DNA from: an uncultured bacterium
GTDB lineage: Bacteria > Patescibacteriota > Minisyncoccia > Phycocordibacterales > UBA9973
Direction: 5' to 3'
Assembly (NCBI GenBank): GCA_903904195.1
Contig: CAIVBM010000008.1
Location: 1 to 34,200 of the forward strand
DNA length: 34,200 nucleotides
The notes beneath the pieces were generated by a model. It did not search any database and had not been told where the DNA came from. It saw only the letters and a program-made list of their open reading frames with translations. The translations under genes were made by a program, and so were the position numbers. Positions 20,828 to 29,864 of this stretch are shown piece by piece. Position 1 is the first letter of the stretch. Each line of letters opens with the position of its first letter.

Positions 20828-22543
20828 ATGGAATATAAAGCAGAAAATAAAACATGTCAGAATTGCAAAAAAGACTTTACGATAGAGCCGGAAGATTTTG
20901 GATTTTATGAAAAGATAAAAGTTCCTCCGCCGACTTGGTGTCCGGAATGCAGGATGATACGCAGAATGAATTATCGTAACGAAAGATCATTATATAAACA
21001 AGATTGCGCTCTTTGCAAAAAACCTATAATCACTATGTATAATTCAAAAGATGGATATATCGTGTATTGTATTGACTGTTTTAATTCTGATAAATGGAAT
21101 CCTGTTGATTATGGTAGAGATTATGATTTTTCTAAAAACTTTTTTGAACAGCTTAGTGAACTTTTTAAAAAGATTCCACGTAGGGCTCTTTATCAAGATT
21201 TTTCTGTAAATAGTGAATATAGTAATCAAGCAGTTTATATAAAAAATTGTTACCTTTGTTTTGGCGGGCATCATTATGAAGACTCTGCTTATTGTGCTCA
21301 AGATTTATATATAAAAAATTCTTTGGATACTGATTTTTCAAGTAAAAGTGAACTTTGTTTTGAATCTCTTTATTTAACGAATTGTTTTAGGGTCAGGTTT
21401 GGATATTTTTCAGAAAATTGTATGGATTCATGGTTTATGTATGCTTGTCGAAACTGTTCTAATTGTGTTGGATGTACAAATCTAGTTGGTAAAATGCATT
21501 GTATTTTCAATATACAATACACAAAAGAGGATTATAATAAAAAGGTAAAAGAAATGAATTTATCAAATAGAGAAAGTTTAGAAAAAATAAAAAAAGAATT
21601 TTGGAAACATTCTTTAATTTTTCCCAGAAAATATGCAAATATAAAAAATATTGTTAATTCTACTGGAGATTATTTAGAGCAAACTAGAAATTGCAGGTAT
21701 TCTTTTTCAATTATTGATGCGGAAAATGTATGTTATGCTTTTCATTCTCCGACCGGCGCTAAAGACTGTTATGATATCGATCATTGCGCGCTCGGAATTA
21801 GCGAAGTTTACGAATTACATAGCGCTTTTAGAGATAACAGAGTTTTCTTTTGTAATCGTGTTTACGATTCTCACAATGTTTCATATTCAGATGATGTTTA
21901 TAATAGTAATTATATCTTTGCTTGTGCTGGACTTCGTAAAAAATCTTATTGTGTCTTTAATAAGCAGTATTCTAAAGAAGAATATGATATTTTAGTAGAA
22001 AAAATAAGAAAACAAATTGATGAAATGCCGTATGAGGATAAAAAAGGTAGAATTTTCAAATATGGAGAATTTTTTCCATTTGAAATTATACCTTTTAGTT
22101 ATAATGATTCCGTAGTTTCTGAATATTTTCCTTTAAGTAAAGAAAAGATTTTAGAAGAAGGGTATAAATATACAGAACCTGAAGAAAAAAAATACAAATT
22201 TACAATTTCTCCTCATCAATTACCCGCAATAAAAGATGTAGATGAAAATATCTTGAAAGAAATTATTCAGTGCGAACACGGGGGTAAATGTAATCATAAA
22301 TGTACTACAGCTTTTCGTGTAATTCAAAATGAACTTAATATTTGTAAAATCTTAGAAACTCCACTACCAAGACTTTGTCCAAATTGCAGGCATATAGAGA
22401 GAGTAGAAGTATTGAATCAGCCTAGGCTTTACAATAGAAAATGTATGAACAAAGGATGTAAAAACGAATTTGAGACAAGCTATGCCTCTAGTAGGCCGGA
22501 AATTATTTTTTGTGATAGTTGCTACAAAAAGGAAGTATATTAG
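20828..22543 (+). CDS. Cys-rich hypothetical protein with multiple CxxC zinc-ribbon-like motifs (family typical of CPR genomes)
   Basis: CQNC..PPPTWCPECR, CALC..CIDC, internal repeats, CPNCRH, C-terminal CMNKGC..CDSCY. Confidence 0.85.
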   Translation: MEYKAENKTCQNCKKDFTIEPEDFGFYEKIKVPPPTWCPECRMIRRMNYRNERSLYKQDCALCKKPIITMYNSKDGYIVYCIDCFNSDKWNPVDYGRDYDFSKNFFEQLSELFKKIPRRALYQDFSVNSEYSNQAVYIKNCYLCFGGHHYEDSAYCAQDLYIKNSLDTDFSSKSELCFESLYLTNCFRVRFGYFSENCMDSWFMYACRNCSNCVGCTNLVGKMHCIFNIQYTKEDYNKKVKEMNLSNRESLEKIKKEFWKHSLIFPRKYANIKNIVNSTGDYLEQTRNCRYSFSIIDAENVCYAFHSPTGAKDCYDIDHCALGISEVYELHSAFRDNRVFFCNRVYDSHNVSYSDDVYNSNYIFACAGLRKKSYCVFNKQYSKEEYDILVEKIRKQIDEMPYEDKKGRIFKYGEFFPFEIIPFSYNDSVVSEYFPLSKEKILEEGYKYTEPEEKKYKFTISPHQLPAIKDVDENILKEIIQCEHGGKCNHKCTTAFRVIQNELNICKILETPLPRLCPNCRHIERVEVLNQPRLYNRKCMNKGCKNEFETSYASSRPEIIFCDSCYKKEVY

Positions 22544-22583
22544 AAAAGTGTATTTTTGAAATAATTATTGTATACTACACCCT

Positions 22584-23552
22584 ATGGCAAAAAAGAAATT
22601 AAAAATCGGGGTGCTTTTTGGGGGTAAGTCGGCAGAACATGATGTGTCTTTGCAGTCTGCGAAAAATGTAATAAATGCGTTGGATGAGACAAAATATGAT
22701 ATAACTCCAATAAAAATAGGACGGGATGGGAAGTTTGATTTTAATATTGTTAAAAAATTTGATGTTATTTTTCCTGTGATGCATGGGCCTTTTGGTGAAG
22801 ATGGCAGCATGCAAGGACTTTTAAAGCTCGCCGGCGTGCCTTTCGTGGGTCCTAGTGTTCTTGGTTCTGCAGTGGGTATGGACAAAGATGTGATGAAAAG
22901 ATTATTCCGTGACGCTGGTATTCCTATTGGGAAATTTTTATCTGTTAAAGACAATGAAAAGATAGATTTTGAAAAAGCAAAGCAAGAGCTCGGTTTACCC
23001 TTATTTATCAAGCCGGCAAATATGGGTTCATCTGTGGGAATCAGTAAAGTACGAAATGAAAAAGAATTCAAGAAAGCAATTGCTGGGGCATTCAAATTTG
23101 ATAATAAAATAATTATAGAAGAATTTATTGATGGACGAGAGATAGAATGCTCTGTGATGGGTAATGAGAATCCAATTGCATCTACTCCGGGTGAAATAAT
23201 TGCCAACCAAGATTTCTACTCATATGATGCTAAATATATAGATGATGGTTATGTCATAAATATTCCAGCAAAAATCAGTAAAGAAGCATCAAATAAAGTT
23301 CAGGAATTAGCATTAAAAGTATTTAAGGTATTGGCTTGTGAAGGAATGGGACGAGTGGACTTTTTCTTAAAGAAAAATGGAGAAGTTATAGCAAATGAAA
23401 TAAATACTATTCCCGGATTTACAAATATCAGCATGTATCCTAAATTATGGGAAGCAGATGGAATATCACAGAAAATACTTTTGGGTAAATTAATTGATTT
23501 TGCAATAGCTCGTTTTAAAAGGGAACAGAAATTAAAAACTACGGTTAAATAA
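22584..23552 (+). CDS. ddl: D-alanine--D-alanine ligase
   Basis: GGKSAEHDVS, HGPFGEDG, KPANMGSSVG, YSYDAKY, NEINTIPG. Confidence 0.97.
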   Translation: MAKKKLKIGVLFGGKSAEHDVSLQSAKNVINALDETKYDITPIKIGRDGKFDFNIVKKFDVIFPVMHGPFGEDGSMQGLLKLAGVPFVGPSVLGSAVGMDKDVMKRLFRDAGIPIGKFLSVKDNEKIDFEKAKQELGLPLFIKPANMGSSVGISKVRNEKEFKKAIAGAFKFDNKIIIEEFIDGREIECSVMGNENPIASTPGEIIANQDFYSYDAKYIDDGYVINIPAKISKEASNKVQELALKVFKVLACEGMGRVDFFLKKNGEVIANEINTIPGFTNISMYPKLWEADGISQKILLGKLIDFAIARFKREQKLKTTVK

Positions 23553-23555
23553 GCT

Positions 23556-24704
23556 ATGGAAAAATCGCAAAGAAAAGGTTTGAGAACTTGGATTGAGATT
23601 GACCGAAAAGCTATTCGGCATAATTTTTCAATTTTTCGATCTTTAATTTCTAAAAAGACTAAGCTTATGGCAGTAATAAAATCAAATGCTTATGGTCACA
23701 GTTTTATTGACTTCGCTCGTGAAATGGAAAAGTTGGGTGCTGATTTTTTAGGTGTGGACTCAATCGTGGAAGGTTTAGCTTTAAGAAAAGAAGGTATCAA
23801 ATTGCCCATATTGGTGTTGGGCTATACGTTACCTGAGATGATTGATTTAGCTGTGAGTAATGACATCTCAATATCAGTATCAACTTTTGAGTCCTTAGAA
23901 TACATAATCGCTAATCAAAAACATTTTTCTAAACCTCTGAACATTCATATAAAAGTAGACACTGGCATGCATCGGCAGGGTTTTCTTATAGAAGACCGAA
24001 AAAAAGTTTTAAATATTTTCAGTTCAAATAAAAATTCAGCTTTTAACGTTGAGGGAATTTTTACTCATTTCGCTTCTGCAAAAAATCCATCTTTCCCTGA
24101 GGATACACAAAAGCAAATAGTAGATTTTAAATTATGGATTCATGATTTTAATCAAGCTGGTTTAAAACCGTTAGCTCATGCGGGAGCTACGGCTGGCGCA
24201 ATGCTTTTCCCTAATTCTCATTTTGATATGGTGCGTATAGGTATAGGACTTTATGGTCTATGGCCTTCAAAAGAAACTAAGGCTGCTTTACAAGATAAGA
24301 TATTACTTCAGCCGGTTCTTTCGTGGAAATCGTTAATCACCGAAGTAAAAAAACAACCGAAGGGGAACCGGGTGGGTTATGATCTGACAGAATCGTTATC
24401 AAAAGATGGTGTCATAGCTATAGTGCCTGTGGGGTATTGGCATGGCTATCCACGTTCTCTTTCATCGCTCGGCAAGATGATTGTCAAAGGAAAGGAATGC
24501 AAAGTACTCGGTAGGGTTTCAATGGATATGATATGCATAGATGTAAGTGAAGTTAAAAATCTATATGTTGGAGACGAGGTCATAGTCATAGGTAATGACA
24601 GCAAATCATCTTGCTCTATGGAAGGAATCAGTAATGTTTTGGATTTATCATGGTATGAGACAGTTACACGAATTAACCCACTTATCAAGAGAATTTACAT
24701 GTAA
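23556..24704 (+). CDS. alr: Alanine racemase
   Basis: PLP Lys in AVIKSNAYGH, KVDTGMHRQG, VGY, GRVSMD. Confidence 0.97.
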   Translation: MEKSQRKGLRTWIEIDRKAIRHNFSIFRSLISKKTKLMAVIKSNAYGHSFIDFAREMEKLGADFLGVDSIVEGLALRKEGIKLPILVLGYTLPEMIDLAVSNDISISVSTFESLEYIIANQKHFSKPLNIHIKVDTGMHRQGFLIEDRKKVLNIFSSNKNSAFNVEGIFTHFASAKNPSFPEDTQKQIVDFKLWIHDFNQAGLKPLAHAGATAGAMLFPNSHFDMVRIGIGLYGLWPSKETKAALQDKILLQPVLSWKSLITEVKKQPKGNRVGYDLTESLSKDGVIAIVPVGYWHGYPRSLSSLGKMIVKGKECKVLGRVSMDMICIDVSEVKNLYVGDEVIVIGNDSKSSCSMEGISNVLDLSWYETVTRINPLIKRIYM

Positions 24705-24715
24705 AAAGGGGCTTG

Positions 24716-24745
24716 CCCCGTAGCGAGCTTTGCTCTGCTTCGGGG
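24716..24745. repeat. GC-rich REP-like hairpin between alr and rpmG
   Basis: CCCCG-T-AGC-GAGC-TTT-GCTC-T-GCT-T-CGGGG. Confidence 0.65.
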
Positions 24746-24780
24746 TTGCAATTTAAAGGTTTTTAATATAATATATAAAT

Positions 24781-24939
24781 ATGTCACAAGATAGACTTAT
24801 AAAACTTGCCTGCGGAGTATGCAAACGTGTAAATTACTGGTCTAGTAAAAATAAGAAACTCGTCACTAAAAAGATTGAGCTCAAGAAATATTGCCGTTGG
24901 TGCCGAAAACAAACCAAGCATAAAGAAATCAAGAAATAG
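24781..24939 (+). CDS. rpmG: 50S ribosomal protein bL33 (Zn-ribbon type); not in the ORF track
   Basis: MSQDRLIKLACGVCKRVNYWSSKNKKLVTKKIELKKYCRWCRKQTKHKEIKK*. Confidence 0.95.
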   Translation: MSQDRLIKLACGVCKRVNYWSSKNKKLVTKKIELKKYCRWCRKQTKHKEIKK

Positions 24940-24994
24940 ATTTTCTTCATATTTATGCTACACTTAAAACGGCTGAAAGTCCGTTTTTTAGTTT

Positions 24995-25065
24995 GGGTCC
25001 ATAGTTCAGAGGTAGAATAATCGTCTCCAAAACGATTGACCTAGGTTCGATTCCTAGTGGGCCCG
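24995..25065 (+). tRNA. tRNA-Trp(CCA)
   Basis: Acceptor GGGTCCA/TGGGCCC, anticodon stem ATCGT/ACGAT with loop CTCCAAA, T arm CTAGG-TTCGATT-CCTAG. Confidence 0.93.
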
Positions 25066-25162
25066 CCTTTCTAATTAAATTGATTATAACTCTAGTTAGT
25101 GTATAGTTTACAGTGACATTAGTTCACAGTTCACAAAGTAAACAAAGAAAGGAACGCTCTTT

Positions 25163-25417
25163 ATGTATATTTTAGAAAGAAGTATCATGATCTTTCTATA
25201 TGAACTCAAGGGAAAGGAAAGCGTCAACCTAGCTATCATCGAGGCTATAAAGGTTGGCATAGAAAAGTACAAGGACAAACACAACCAGATCGATGAGTCT
25301 AGACTCGATGAAGTGATGGGTGATCCAAAACTCGCTCAAAAATTCAGGGAAGCTAGGGAAAAAAACTGGTATCTACAGGGCCAAGTGTTACCCAGTCCAA
25401 TAGGAGATGACGAATAG
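25163..25417 (+). CDS. Small hypothetical protein
   Basis: SD-like AAAGGA upstream; own terminator; start may be the internal Met. Confidence 0.6.
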   Translation: MYILERSIMIFLYELKGKESVNLAIIEAIKVGIEKYKDKHNQIDESRLDEVMGDPKLAQKFREAREKNWYLQGQVLPSPIGDDE

Positions 25418-25454
25418 CCGCACGCGTCCTAGACGTGTTGCGGCTTTCCCTTTT
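25416..25454 (+). terminator. Terminator hairpin
   Basis: AGCCGCA-CGCGTC-CTA-GACGTG-T-TGCGGCT then TTCCCTTTTT. Confidence 0.65.
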
Positions 25455-25540
25455 TAAACAGATTTAAATAGACAAAAAAAATTGTGGGTGTATATTATAT
25501 TATGAGCCGCACAAATAAAACTTAACAGGGAGCTTAGATC

Positions 25541-25783
25541 ATGAAGATACATCGAGCTAAGATCGTGGAGTTTCTGAATTCGCTGGGTGAAGGGATAAAA
25601 GCCAAAGAACATGACGCAATCGAGCGAAGATTTGATGCAAGAGCGAACGAGGAGGGTTATGTAAAAAACGATGATCTTCTTCATGTCCTCGATGGCAGGA
25701 TGTCTGAGTTTCGGAAGTTCCAAAGGGGAGGCGATCCCAACCCTGCGTCACAAGTAGCCCCCGTTGTGTGTTTGGTCCACTAA
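25541..25783 (+). CDS. Small hypothetical protein
   Basis: SD AGGGAG upstream; 80 aa. Confidence 0.6.
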   Translation: MKIHRAKIVEFLNSLGEGIKAKEHDAIERRFDARANEEGYVKNDDLLHVLDGRMSEFRKFQRGGDPNPASQVAPVVCLVH

Positions 25784-25853
25784 ATCCAGCCGAAGATCGT
25801 TTCCAGAGTGGCTGCGCAAAGCTAAAGAGCAATGTGCGGCCTCCTACTTTTAG

Positions 25854-26204
25854 TTAAAAAGTTTCTTCTGCTCCTCCAAACATTTCTAATACAAAACTTA
25901 CGATTGCGAGTACGATTCCGAAAAGTAGCGCCCACCAGAAATTATCTACTGCAAAACCAGGGACGATAAGTGCTGCAAACATAACGAGAAATCCATTAAT
26001 TATTAAAACAAAAAGTCCTAAAGACAAGACAGTGAGAGGTAACGTTAAGAATATAAGTATCGGACGTAAGATAGCGTTTACTGCACCCAAAACCACTGCT
26101 AAAACAAATGCAGAAAATATTCCAGTGACATGAACTCCTGGTAAAATATATGCTGTTATTAATATTGCGATGACAGAAACCACCCAATGGATTAATGTTT
26201 TCAT
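25854..26204 (-). CDS. 4-TM phage-holin-family (YvlD/DUF360-like) membrane protein
   Basis: LGAVNAILRPIL..LTLPL..LSLGLF..IING..VPGF.V..FW.AL; start MKTLIH at 26204. Confidence 0.88.
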   Translation of the reverse strand: MKTLIHWVVSVIAILITAYILPGVHVTGIFSAFVLAVVLGAVNAILRPILIFLTLPLTVLSLGLFVLIINGFLVMFAALIVPGFAVDNFWWALLFGIVLAIVSFVLEMFGGAEETF

Positions 26205-26244
26205 ATAGATTTCATTGTACACCTGATATGATATAATACCAAAA

Positions 26245-27891
26245 ATGGAAGCAAAGAAAATGAATTCAGCAGAAATTCTTGTACGATGTTTAGAGGATCA
26301 TGGTGTTTCTCATATTTTCGGAGTTCCTGGTGAAGAAAATTTAGCTTTTCTTGAGGCTATTCGTAAATCAAAAATAATTTTTGTTACTACTCGTCATGAA
26401 CAAGCAGCAGCATTTATGGCTGCCACATTTGGCAGGATGACTGGCAAAGTCGGTGTAGCATTGTCTACACTAGGCCCTGGAGCCACAAATCTGCTCACAG
26501 GCGTGGCTTACGCACAGCTTGGTGGATTTCCTTTTTTGGCTATTACCGGACAAAAACCGATTAAAAAGAATAAGCAAGGAAAATTCCAAATCGTTGATAT
26601 TGTGGCGATGATGAAGCCTATCACGAAATTTTCCATAACTATCACATCGAGCGAAAAGACGCCGAGCATGGTGTCTGAAGCGATAGAAAAAGCTGAAACC
26701 GAGCGCTTTGGCGCAGTTCATTTGGAATTGCCCGAAGACATTGCAAGTGAAGTCTGTGATGCTATTTCTTTTGATGCTCCGGTGATTCAAAATATAAAAT
26801 ATCCTACTGCAAAAGAAAAAGATATTAAAAAAGCATTGGAAGAAATAGAAAAATCTAAACACCCTTTGATAATCTTAGGTAGAGGTGCAAACGATGAACT
26901 CATCAGTAAAGTTCTAAAGAGTTTTTTAGAAAAGGCTGGTATTCCTTTTGTTTCTACGCAGATGGGGAAAGGTTCTTTTGACGAAAATTCAAAGTTATAT
27001 ATAGGCACTACTGCATTATCTGCTGGTGATTATGTGCATCAAGCTTTACAATCTGCAGATGTAATTATTCTAATTGGTCATGATGTGACAGAAAAGCCAC
27101 CGATGATTTTTGATAAAAAGAAAATAATTCATATCAATTTCTTTTCTTCAAAGTTTCCAGATGTTTATGTTCCTACCTGTGAGGTTATTGGGGATATTTC
27201 AAATACTCTTTCAGTATTTACAGAAAAAATAAAAATTAATCCCGCGTGGGATTTTAATTATTTCTTTAAAGTTCGTGATGCTTTAATAAAAATTATAAAA
27301 GAATCTTCTCAGTCTCAAGATTTTCCTCTTCGTCCTGAACGTATTGTCGGAGATATAAATAAAAATTTACCAAAAGATGGAACACTAGCTCTTGATAATG
27401 GCATGTATAAAATCTGGGTTGCAAGGAATTTTATTGCTAGTTCACCAAACAACATTCTTTTAGATAATACTTTGGCCACGATGGGTGCGGGTTTGCCTTC
27501 GGGAATAGCTTTAAAAGTTTTATATCCAAATAAAAAGGTCTTGGTTATGGCTGGTGATGGTGGGATTATGATGAGCATTGGAGATCTAGAGACTGCTGTT
27601 CGCCTCAAGTTTGATTTAGTCATATTGGTTTTAGATGATTCTGAATTTGGTATGATTCGCTGGAAACAAAGTAATATGAACTTGTCTCAATTTGGGCTTT
27701 CTTTTAATAATCCAGATTTTGTAATGTTAGCGAAAAGTTTTGGCGCAATTGGACATAAAGTTGAAAAAGCTGATGATCTTGCATTACATTTGCAAAAAGC
27801 GTTTAATTCTAAAGGTGTACATATCATCGTTTGTCCGATAAACTACGATGAAGCAAACAAGACATTAAAAAATATTAAAATAATTGAGTAG
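26245..27891 (+). CDS. ThDP-dependent enzyme, acetolactate-synthase-like (candidate 2-oxoacid decarboxylase)
   Basis: FGVPGEEN, RHEQAAAFMA, GPGATN, LDNTLATMGAGLP, GDGG ThDP motif. Confidence 0.88.
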   Translation: MEAKKMNSAEILVRCLEDHGVSHIFGVPGEENLAFLEAIRKSKIIFVTTRHEQAAAFMAATFGRMTGKVGVALSTLGPGATNLLTGVAYAQLGGFPFLAITGQKPIKKNKQGKFQIVDIVAMMKPITKFSITITSSEKTPSMVSEAIEKAETERFGAVHLELPEDIASEVCDAISFDAPVIQNIKYPTAKEKDIKKALEEIEKSKHPLIILGRGANDELISKVLKSFLEKAGIPFVSTQMGKGSFDENSKLYIGTTALSAGDYVHQALQSADVIILIGHDVTEKPPMIFDKKKIIHINFFSSKFPDVYVPTCEVIGDISNTLSVFTEKIKINPAWDFNYFFKVRDALIKIIKESSQSQDFPLRPERIVGDINKNLPKDGTLALDNGMYKIWVARNFIASSPNNILLDNTLATMGAGLPSGIALKVLYPNKKVLVMAGDGGIMMSIGDLETAVRLKFDLVILVLDDSEFGMIRWKQSNMNLSQFGLSFNNPDFVMLAKSFGAIGHKVEKADDLALHLQKAFNSKGVHIIVCPINYDEANKTLKNIKIIE

Positions 27892-27909
27892 GTGATTCTA
27901 CTAAATCAT

Positions 27910-29274
27910 ATGATTCAATCAAAAAATCCAGCAACAGAAGAAGTTTTGAAAAGTTTTAAAGAAATTTCAAATGAAGAACTTGAAAAGAAGGTTTCACTTG
28001 CGTCAAAGGCTTTTGAATCTTGGAAGAAAGCTTCGTTTAAAGAACGTGCGAGATTGATGCGTAAGCTCGGGAGTTATCTACGCGCTCACACCGAGGATTT
28101 ATCAAGATTACAGATGCTTGAAATGGGTAAAACTATAAAGTCAGGACCAGCTGGTATTTTAAAATGTGCTGACCTTTGTGACTATTATGCAGATAACGCA
28201 GAAAGTATTTTGACTAATGAGAAATTAAATACAAATAAAAAAGAACAATATGTGGAATTTGATCCTCTTGGAATAATTCTCGCCGTGATGCCGTGGAATT
28301 TTCCTTTCTGGCAAGTGTATCGTTATGCTGTACCAGCTTTGATGTCTGGAAACGTGGGGCTTTTAAAACATGCGTCAAATGTTCCACAATGCGCAGAAGC
28401 CATAGAAGAGTCATTTCGTGCTTCTGGTTTTCCTGAAGGAGTTTTTCAAAATTTATTTCTTTCATCTTCGCGTGTAGCTGGATTGATTCGTGATTCTAGA
28501 ATATCTGCTGTCACTTTGACTGGTAGCGAAAAAGCCGGCAGTGAAGTAGCTAGTGTCGCAGGATCTGAGATTAAAAAAGTAGTGCTTGAACTCGGTGGCA
28601 GTGATCCTTTTGTTGTTTTTGCTGATGCGGATATCGCTAAGGCTTCAAAATTTGCAGTTTTATCAAGACTTCAAAATAATGTGGGACAGAGTTGTATTTC
28701 AGCTAAACGCTTTATAGTGGAAGAAAGTATAAAAGATAAATTTATCAAGGTTGTCGTGGATGAACTTTCAAAATTATTTATTGGTGATCCTAGTGATAAA
28801 AATACAGACATAGGTCCGCTCGCCACAGAACAGATTTTGCTTGATGTTGAGAAGCAAGTAGAAAAGTCAGTATCTCTTGGAGCAAAGATAGTTTATGGGG
28901 GTAAAAGAAAATTTGAAAAGGGCCATTTCTATATGCCGACTGTTATGACAAATATTAAAAAGGGTATGCCTGTCTATGATGAAGAAGTCTTTGGACCAGT
29001 TGTGCCTATTATTACTTTTAAAAATGAAATAGAAGCAATACAAATAGCAAATGACACTAGGTATGGTCTCGGTGCATCTATTTTTACCTCTGATGTAAAA
29101 AAAGCAAAAAGAATCATCCCGCAGATTGATGCAGGAAATGTGTGTGTAAATGATATGGTCAAGTCAGATCCTCGTGCGCCGTTTGGTGGAATAAAGAAAT
29201 CTGGATATGGTAGGGAACTCGGCAGTTACGGAATAAAAGAATTTGTAAATATTAAAAACGTTTATTTTGGGTAA
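27910..29274 (+). CDS. NAD(P)-dependent aldehyde dehydrogenase, succinate-semialdehyde dehydrogenase (GabD1/Sad)-like
   Basis: MPWNFP, LKHASN, LTGSEKAG, LELGGSDP, catalytic Cys in GQSCISAKR, EEVFGP. Confidence 0.92.
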   Translation: MIQSKNPATEEVLKSFKEISNEELEKKVSLASKAFESWKKASFKERARLMRKLGSYLRAHTEDLSRLQMLEMGKTIKSGPAGILKCADLCDYYADNAESILTNEKLNTNKKEQYVEFDPLGIILAVMPWNFPFWQVYRYAVPALMSGNVGLLKHASNVPQCAEAIEESFRASGFPEGVFQNLFLSSSRVAGLIRDSRISAVTLTGSEKAGSEVASVAGSEIKKVVLELGGSDPFVVFADADIAKASKFAVLSRLQNNVGQSCISAKRFIVEESIKDKFIKVVVDELSKLFIGDPSDKNTDIGPLATEQILLDVEKQVEKSVSLGAKIVYGGKRKFEKGHFYMPTVMTNIKKGMPVYDEEVFGPVVPIITFKNEIEAIQIANDTRYGLGASIFTSDVKKAKRIIPQIDAGNVCVNDMVKSDPRAPFGGIKKSGYGRELGSYGIKEFVNIKNVYFG

Positions 29275-29281
29275 AATAGAA

Positions 29282-29324
29282 AACCGCCCTCCCACGGTCT
29301 TCGTTGTGCCCGTGGTGGGCGGTT
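29282..29324. terminator. Hairpin between convergent genes
   Basis: AACCGCCC..CCACGG...CCGTGG.GGGCGGTT. Confidence 0.65.
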
Positions 29325-29336
29325 AAAGGTCTGATG

Positions 29337-29828
29337 TCAACAGCTTGGGACTAGAATGTGGTGGCCGTACACAGAATGCCACACACGTTTTTCGACCCAT
29401 TTTTTTTCCATCCAGTAAGCAATAGGTCTCTCTTCTCTATTGATGCCAAGATTGACATCAATGTAAAGAACGCGTCCATCTCTGAATTCAAGGAAGGTGG
29501 CACGGCCATAATCGTTACCATTGCTAAGTTCTTCCGGATACGAACGAAACAATGTTGTGGCTTGACCTTGATTTCTCCAGCGACTTCTTCCATCACCTAA
29601 AACTCTTAGGCTATTGGCGAGAGTGGCATTACTCGTCATTTTGAAAACATGTACCCTCGTTGTTGGTAGGGCTGGATTCAAAATTCGCCATAATAGGCTA
29701 TATAGCGAACGGAAGGCGAATATTTGCCATGGATTGTCGTTAAAAACTCCGGCAGTGAATATACCACACGAGTTCAAGGTTTCACTGAGAGGAGCACCGA
29801 TAGAAATTGATTTCTGGTATTCCAACAC
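29337..29828 (-). CDS. Hypothetical protein (163 aa)
   Basis: SD AAGGAG before GTG; follows miaA on the same strand. Confidence 0.55.
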   Translation of the reverse strand: MLEYQKSISIGAPLSETLNSCGIFTAGVFNDNPWQIFAFRSLYSLLWRILNPALPTTRVHVFKMTSNATLANSLRVLGDGRSRWRNQGQATTLFRSYPEELSNGNDYGRATFLEFRDGRVLYIDVNLGINREERPIAYWMEKKWVEKRVWHSVYGHHILVPSC

Positions 29829-29864
29829 GATTTGTCTCCTTGGTTTTTCATGAACTGTTCTTGT

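Noticed and set aside
22565-23206. 213-aa antisense ORF and other short shadow ORFs in the track
   Set aside because: They overlap well-supported genes on the opposite strand or frame and have no motifs
25854-26204. Holin-family gene as prophage evidence
   Set aside because: This 4-TM family is common in chromosomes; no endolysin, integrase or structural genes nearby
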